The notes under the pieces were generated by a model. The model had not been told where the DNA came from, searched no databases, and saw nothing but the letters and a program-made list of their open reading frames with translations. A stretch of DNA of 64,000 bases from Lachnospiraceae bacterium (lineage in GTDB: Bacteria > Bacillota > Clostridia > Lachnospirales > Lachnospiraceae): assembly GCA_024693845.1 (NCBI GenBank), contig JAILKJ010000039.1, positions 26,205 through 90,204 on the forward strand. The letters run 5' to 3'. This document shows positions 59,447 through 64,000 of this stretch, in pieces. Positions within the stretch are counted from its first letter, which is position 1. Each line of letters opens with the position of its first letter. The position numbers were made by a program, and so were the translations under genes.

Positions 59447-59483
59447 GAAGAAGCGCTTCCTATCGGAAGTGCTTCTTCATTTT
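59447..59483 (+). terminator. intrinsic terminator after the 1338-aa gene
   Basis: GAAGAAGCGCTTCC-TATC-GGAAGTGCTTCTTC 14-bp stem then ATTTT. Homologous to the hairpin at 55278. Confidence 0.7.
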
Positions 59484-59492
59484 AGGAAGATT

Positions 59493-59503
59493 TGTGGTAT
59501 AAT
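59493..59503 (+). promoter_or_regulatory. extended -10 promoter element TGTGGTATAAT
   Basis: The -10 ends 7 nt before ATG 59511. Confidence 0.5.
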
Positions 59504-59510
59504 ACGAGCT

Positions 59511-60887
59511 ATGAGATTATCAGACGATCTGAATGATGATGACAAGAAGGCGGGAATGCCGCTGGTATATATGATGCTGGGAGGTATCGCCTTTATCATG
59601 GTGGTGGTTGTGATTGTTGTGGCTGCCAATGATAAGGGCCATAGGAGGGTGCGCCCGCAGGAGACTGAGGCGGTTGATGAGGCCCTTAATGCGGATGCCG
59701 CTCTGGGAGAGGATCAGCTGACTGCCGATGACCTTGACTTCTGGAACATGTACAAGAAGGATGAGAAGAAGGTCTCCGACAATGCCGTGATCAAGGATAA
59801 GTCCTATGAGGAAAGGCTTAAGGAGCTTGAGGAGAAGGAGGCTGAGGAAGCCAAGGCTAACGATCTGTCCGAGGGAGGCACCAAGACCAAGGTGATCCGT
59901 CCCGACGGAACCGAGCAGTGGATCATGATCAATCCCTTTATCGAGAAGAACACCTACAAGGAAGAGGGTTTTGTTTACGAGGATCCGATGATGAAATACT
60001 TCGCGGACGGTAAAAAGATCTCTTACCAGGGTGTGATGCTGGATGAGACGGATAAGACCGTGGATTTTGCCCTGCTTCATCAGGCAGGAGTGGAGTTCGT
60101 AATGCTCAGGATCGGTTATCGTGGCTATGAATCCGGAAAGATATCTGAGGATACGCTGTTTGAAGATCATCTTCAGTCCGCTGTGAAGGCGGAAATGATG
60201 GTGGGCGTGTATTTTGAATCTGCCGCTACGAATAATGAGGAGGCTTCCGAAGAGGCTGAATTTGTCACAAGGAAGCTGGCGCAGATCGCCTCTGACAAGA
60301 TCCGGAAGGAAACGGAGAACAATTCGGGACTGGTGACTACGGAAGGTCAGACTGCCGGAGATGATACAACGAAGACTGCCGAGAACGCAGAGAATACAGA
60401 TTCATCCGCCACCACGGAGATCAAGGTGGATGAAAACGGTCAGGCCGCTTCTACCAAGGTGACCGGAGCCGATGCGCAGCAGGGCGAGCAGCAGGAAATG
60501 GCAGCGCCACCTGAGGGCATGGCCTATATCAAGAACGAAGATATCACCTATCCGGTTGCCATCAAGATGGGACAGCCCGCTAATCACAGCGCCAGAACAG
60601 ACAATCTTACCAAGACAACGGTATCCGGCGTGGCGGCAGGATTTTTGTCAGGTGTGAAGGCATCCGGTTATCAGTCCATAGTCTGGGGTGATAAATACTG
60701 GCTCCTTCGCAGGATGGATCTGACCCAGCTCCCTCTGGGGACAGATATCCTTTTGGAACAGGAGGAAGAACTGCCGGATTATCCCTATCAGTTTGCCATA
60801 TGGCAGTATAAATCCGATGGCAAGCTCAGCGGACTGAATACACAGGGCCGCATGCTTACAAGCTTTGTGGATTATCAGAAGCAGTAA
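59511..60887 (+). CDS. membrane-anchored GH25 (lysozyme)-like domain protein with low-complexity insertion
   Basis: N-terminal TM (MMLGGIAFIMVVVVIVVAA). GH25-like segments VDFALLHQAGVEFVMLRIGYRGY, MVGVYFES, FAIWQYKSDGKLSGL. The track start 59469 lies inside the terminator. Confidence 0.6.
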   Translation: MRLSDDLNDDDKKAGMPLVYMMLGGIAFIMVVVVIVVAANDKGHRRVRPQETEAVDEALNADAALGEDQLTADDLDFWNMYKKDEKKVSDNAVIKDKSYEERLKELEEKEAEEAKANDLSEGGTKTKVIRPDGTEQWIMINPFIEKNTYKEEGFVYEDPMMKYFADGKKISYQGVMLDETDKTVDFALLHQAGVEFVMLRIGYRGYESGKISEDTLFEDHLQSAVKAEMMVGVYFESAATNNEEASEEAEFVTRKLAQIASDKIRKETENNSGLVTTEGQTAGDDTTKTAENAENTDSSATTEIKVDENGQAASTKVTGADAQQGEQQEMAAPPEGMAYIKNEDITYPVAIKMGQPANHSARTDNLTKTTVSGVAAGFLSGVKASGYQSIVWGDKYWLLRRMDLTQLPLGTDILLEQEEELPDYPYQFAIWQYKSDGKLSGLNTQGRMLTSFVDYQKQ

Positions 60888-61686
60888 GGGAAGCAAAATA
60901 AGATAGCAGTTTGGAAGAGACTTTTGTCCCGTCGTAGATCTCAGCGTAGGCATACGGCGGGACATTTTCTAAGTAATTGACGGGATAGTCCTTTGTAATG
61001 CCTGCCTTTTTGGCCAGATCGACGGCCTTATTGTAGGCGATGGCTGCTTCCTCGGGGGTATCGTAGATCCCGATGATGTGATTGCCCTTGATATGGAGCA
61101 GCGCCTTATAACGGTACTGGCCGAAATCGCCCATGCGCAGTACGCCGTGATAGGGGTTGATGATCTCAATATTGGAGTAGCGGAAGTCCGTATCATCACC
61201 GTTGATGAAGCGGTAGTCTCGGCCCTTTACCGCAAAGGGACGGATCCCATAGCGGCTGATCACCGAGGTCTGCATACCGTATTCGGCAACGAAAAGATGC
61301 CCGCCCCGGCGCATGATCCTGCGGGAGGCATAGTAGAACAGATCCTCACGATCGAAGGTCAGATATTCCGAGGAAGACAGATAGTAGCAAAAATACCGGT
61401 TATAAACATAGATGGGGGAGGGAATGTAGATGCCGTTGTCCCGAAGGTTCATCAAAAGCACGATCTTTTGAAAGGACAGTTTATACTTTGCGGCAATCTT
61501 TTCCAGCTTATCGATCTTAAGAGATTTGTCTTCCAGAATACGACGGCCCTGCTCGTAAGCCTTGGCGGCGTCTTTTTCCACGGCGAAGCTGCCCAGGGAA
61601 ACATGTCTTGAGCCTGTAGTCAGGGAAGCTCGATAGGAAGGCTTTCCGTTTTTCAGTTTTGTCTCGTATACGCCTTTAGTGCTCAT
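60856..61686 (-). CDS. AP2 DNA-binding domain protein (AP2 / degenerate HNH-like / AP2)
   Basis: GVYETKLKNGKPSYRASL..GSFAVEKDAAKAYEQ and GVLRMGDFGQYRYKALL..GIYDTPEEAAIAYNKA AP2-like units flank RFINGDDTDFRYSNIEII. 276 aa. Confidence 0.6.
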   Translation of the reverse strand: MSTKGVYETKLKNGKPSYRASLTTGSRHVSLGSFAVEKDAAKAYEQGRRILEDKSLKIDKLEKIAAKYKLSFQKIVLLMNLRDNGIYIPSPIYVYNRYFCYYLSSSEYLTFDREDLFYYASRRIMRRGGHLFVAEYGMQTSVISRYGIRPFAVKGRDYRFINGDDTDFRYSNIEIINPYHGVLRMGDFGQYRYKALLHIKGNHIIGIYDTPEEAAIAYNKAVDLAKKAGITKDYPVNYLENVPPYAYAEIYDGTKVSSKLLSYFASLTASDNPQSL

Positions 61687-61757
61687 ATTGCCCAGCCTGT
61701 GAGAATTTCCGGATACCTGTTCATTATAATTTTATCCCGGTTCAGGGTCAAGTAAAG

Positions 61758-61786
61758 TTGACAGCCTGCGGTGGTTTGGTTAGAAT
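61758..61786 (+). promoter_or_regulatory. sigma-A type promoter for thrC
   Basis: TTGACA, 17-nt spacer, TAGAAT, 35 nt upstream of the ATG. Confidence 0.6.
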
Positions 61787-61821
61787 GGGTATGTTTATAA
61801 AAGAAAAAGCGAGGAACGACC

Positions 61822-63309
61822 ATGGAAGTATTATACAAAGGAACCCGCTCTGATTCCCAGAGTGTAACGGCATCGAAGGCGATCCTTCAGGGTCTGTGCG
61901 AGGATGGAGGCCTGTTCGTGCCCAACGCGATCCCGAAGCTGGATAAGAGCTTATCTGAGCTTTCCGCCATGAGCTATCAGCAGGTGGCTTATGAAGTGAT
62001 GAAGCTGTTTCTGACAGACTTTACGGAAGATGAGCTGAAGGACTGCATCAAAAAAGCCTATGACGATAAGTTCGATACCAAAGCCATCGCTCCCATCAGA
62101 GAAGCGGGCGGAGCTTACTATCTTGAGCTGTTCCATGGCGCAACCATCGCATTCAAGGATATGGCACTTTCCATTCTGCCCCATCTGATGACCACAAGTG
62201 CGAAGAAGAATCATGTGGAGAATCAGATCATGATCCTGACGGCTACCAGCGGAGATACCGGAAAGGCTGCTCTGGCGGGCTTTGCGGATGTTCCGGGAAC
62301 CGGGATCATCGTATTTTATCCCAAGGGCGGTGTTTCCGCCGTTCAGGAAAAGCAGATGGTGACCCAGGTGGGAGATAATACCCATGTGGTAGGTATCCAC
62401 GGTAACTTTGATGATGCCCAGACCGGTGTTAAGGCGCTGTTCGGGGATAAGGAGCTTGCCGGAAGGATGGCAGAAAAGGGTGTTCAGTTCTCCTCCGCTA
62501 ACTCCATTAACATCGGAAGACTGGTTCCCCAGATCGTTTACTATGTATATTCCTATGCGACTCTGTTAAAGGATGGTGTGATCACGGAGGGAGAGAAGAT
62601 CAACGTTTGTGTTCCCACCGGTAACTTCGGTAATATCCTGGCTGCTTACTATGCAAAGCTTATGGGGCTGCCGGTGAACAAGCTGATCTGTGCTTCCAAT
62701 GAGAACAAGGTTCTCTATGATTTCTTTGACAGCGGCAAATATGACAGGAACAGGGAGTTCATCCTTACCAGCTCACCTTCCATGGATATCCTGATCTCTT
62801 CGAACCTGGAGAGACTGATCTATCGGATCTGCGATGAGGATGCCGCAAAGTGTGCCGGCTTCATGAAGAGCCTTTCCGAGAGCGGCGTTTATGAGATCAC
62901 GGATGAGATGAAGAATATGCTTTCCGATTTCTGGGGCTGCTCTGCAGATGAGAAGGCCTGCTTTGACAAGATCCGCAGCCTGTATGAGAAGGAAGGATAT
63001 ATCATTGATACCCATACAGCCGTTGCCGGCGCCGTATATGATAAGTATGTGAGCGCTACCGGCGATAATACTAAGACGGTCATTGCCTCCACGGCAAGTC
63101 CCTACAAGTTCAGCCGAAGCGTGATGACGGCCATCGATGAGAAGTATGCAGATCAGGAGGACTTCGCCCTGATCGATGAGCTTTCCAGACTCAGCGGCGT
63201 TGCCATCCCGTCGGCCATCGAGCAGATCCGTACCGCACCTGTAAGACACGATACGGTATGCGACAAGACCGAGATGAAGTCTGTAGTAGAGAGCATTCTT
63301 GCTCTATGA
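61822..63309 (+). CDS. thrC: threonine synthase (long form)
   Basis: 495 aa. PLP-lysine context FHGATIAFKDMAL. TATSGDTGKAA. N-terminal GGLFVP motif. Confidence 0.92.
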   Translation: MEVLYKGTRSDSQSVTASKAILQGLCEDGGLFVPNAIPKLDKSLSELSAMSYQQVAYEVMKLFLTDFTEDELKDCIKKAYDDKFDTKAIAPIREAGGAYYLELFHGATIAFKDMALSILPHLMTTSAKKNHVENQIMILTATSGDTGKAALAGFADVPGTGIIVFYPKGGVSAVQEKQMVTQVGDNTHVVGIHGNFDDAQTGVKALFGDKELAGRMAEKGVQFSSANSINIGRLVPQIVYYVYSYATLLKDGVITEGEKINVCVPTGNFGNILAAYYAKLMGLPVNKLICASNENKVLYDFFDSGKYDRNREFILTSSPSMDILISSNLERLIYRICDEDAAKCAGFMKSLSESGVYEITDEMKNMLSDFWGCSADEKACFDKIRSLYEKEGYIIDTHTAVAGAVYDKYVSATGDNTKTVIASTASPYKFSRSVMTAIDEKYADQEDFALIDELSRLSGVAIPSAIEQIRTAPVRHDTVCDKTEMKSVVESILAL

Positions 63310-63356
63310 TCTCTGATGTCAGAATCTGATTCATGACCATTTGGTTCCATAGACGA

Positions 63357-63440
63357 GCAGCCACGATGCCATCGCCCCTCTTCGGACGATATTACGAGCT
63401 TGTGAGTCTGAGGGAGAAGATGGGTATGGATCGTGGCTGC
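63357..63440. repeat. long-stem palindromic element, copy 3
   Basis: GCAGCCACGATGCCATCGCCCCTCTTC - GGACGATATTACGAGCTTGTGAGTCTGAGGGA - GAAGATGGGTATGGATCGTGGCTGC. Perfect 11-bp outer stem. Confidence 0.75.
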
Positions 63441-63462
63441 GTATATAATAGCGTATAAAAAT

Positions 63463-63482
63463 GCGGCTGCATCTGCAGCCGC
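63463..63482. terminator. bidirectional terminator between thrC and citrate synthase
   Basis: GCGGCTGC-ATCT-GCAGCCGC stem with an A-rich 5-prime and T-rich 3-prime flank. Confidence 0.65.
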
Positions 63483-63514
63483 TTATCTTATTCTTATAAA
63501 ATCTTATCGCTGTC

Positions 63515-64000
63515 TTACCTGCGATCCAGCTCAATGTACTTCATATCATCGTGGATCGGCTTGTACGCAGGACGGATGATCTTGCCATTGTTGGCCAGCT
63601 CTTCCATGCGGTGAGCGGACCATCCTACGATACGGGCGATGGCGAACAACGGAGTGAAGAGCTGCTCGGGAATGCCCAGCATCTTGTAAACGAAGCCGGA
63701 ATAGAAGTCCACGTTGATGGAAACACCCTTGTAGATGTGGCGCTCCTCGCCGATGACGATGGGAGCCAGCTTCTCAACCAGAGAGTAGAGGGCGAACTCT
63801 TTTTCCAATCCTTTCTCCCGGGAGAGCTTCTCGACGTAGCTCTTGAACAGAACCGCTCTGGGATCGGAGGTGGAGTAAACCGCGTGGCCAACACCGTAGA
63901 TCAGACCGGAGTGGTCAAATGCCTCCTTGTTCAGGAGCTTCTTCAGGTATTCGGAAACCTCTTCTTCATCTTCCCAGTCGGAGATCTCGGCCATCATTTC
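63515..64000 (-). CDS. citrate synthase, C-terminal part (5-prime end beyond the window)
   Basis: The frame is open to the window edge. GVGHAVY, NVDFYSG and RIVGWSAHRMEE motifs. Confidence 0.88.
   Translation of the reverse strand, partial: EMMAEISDWEDEEEVSEYLKKLLNKEAFDHSGLIYGVGHAVYSTSDPRAVLFKSYVEKLSREKGLEKEFALYSLVEKLAPIVIGEERHIYKGVSINVDFYSGFVYKMLGIPEQLFTPLFAIARIVGWSAHRMEELANNGKIIRPAYKPIHDDMKYIELDRR

Noticed and set aside
44825-61686. Accessory block checked for mobile-element hallmarks (integrase, transposase, tRNA target, flanking direct repeats)
   Set aside because: None were found. The only nuclease-related remnant is the degenerate HNH segment in the AP2 protein, so no mobile element is called.

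Overview
This is a 64-kb chromosomal window from a moderately GC-rich, Clostridia-type Firmicute. That placement is inferred only from gene content and order: Rnf, an NfnAB-like pair, ScpAB, cmk-ispH-rpsA and BspA-type LRR surface proteins. I call about 50 protein genes, nearly all on the + strand. I saw no rRNA, tRNA, CRISPR array, transposase, integrase or prophage genes.

Bases 1-44.8 kb are mostly housekeeping:
- alr, a YebC-family regulator, a GT2 glycosyltransferase, ftsK, fhs-folD, and an NfnA/NfnB-like (GltA-type) oxidoreductase pair
- rlmH, rpsU (58 aa, absent from the ORF track), scpAB
- a Na+-decarboxylase-type cluster, TetR and RpiR regulators, cmk-ispH-rpsA, cheR
- an MrfB/YprB-like exonuclease, rnfCDGEAB, an M18 aminopeptidase, and a convergent apbE

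Bases 44.8-61.7 kb are accessory and visibly more AT-rich. They hold three secreted proteins (584, 2258 and 1338 aa) that share a C-terminal LRR plus polybasic tail, a split small ORF, a degenerate GH25-like membrane protein and an AP2/HNH-remnant protein. The window ends with thrC and a partial citrate synthase.

Most interesting observations:
1. A roughly 75-nt long-stem palindrome family with a conserved 30-nt core. There are three copies (two in tandem at 13.7 kb, one at 63.4 kb), and the stems differ in sequence while keeping their pairing.
2. The surface-protein island, which has a cassette-like layout of conserved ends around unrelated passengers.
3. A 1223-aa cytoplasmic ORFan with an internal module duplication, sitting between rlmH and rpsU.
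4. A decarboxylase cluster that carries both 12S-like and 5S-like carboxyltransferases.
5. An AP2 / degenerate HNH / AP2 protein.

I found no clear-cut novel multi-gene system. All family assignments come from motif recognition by eye, not from searches.
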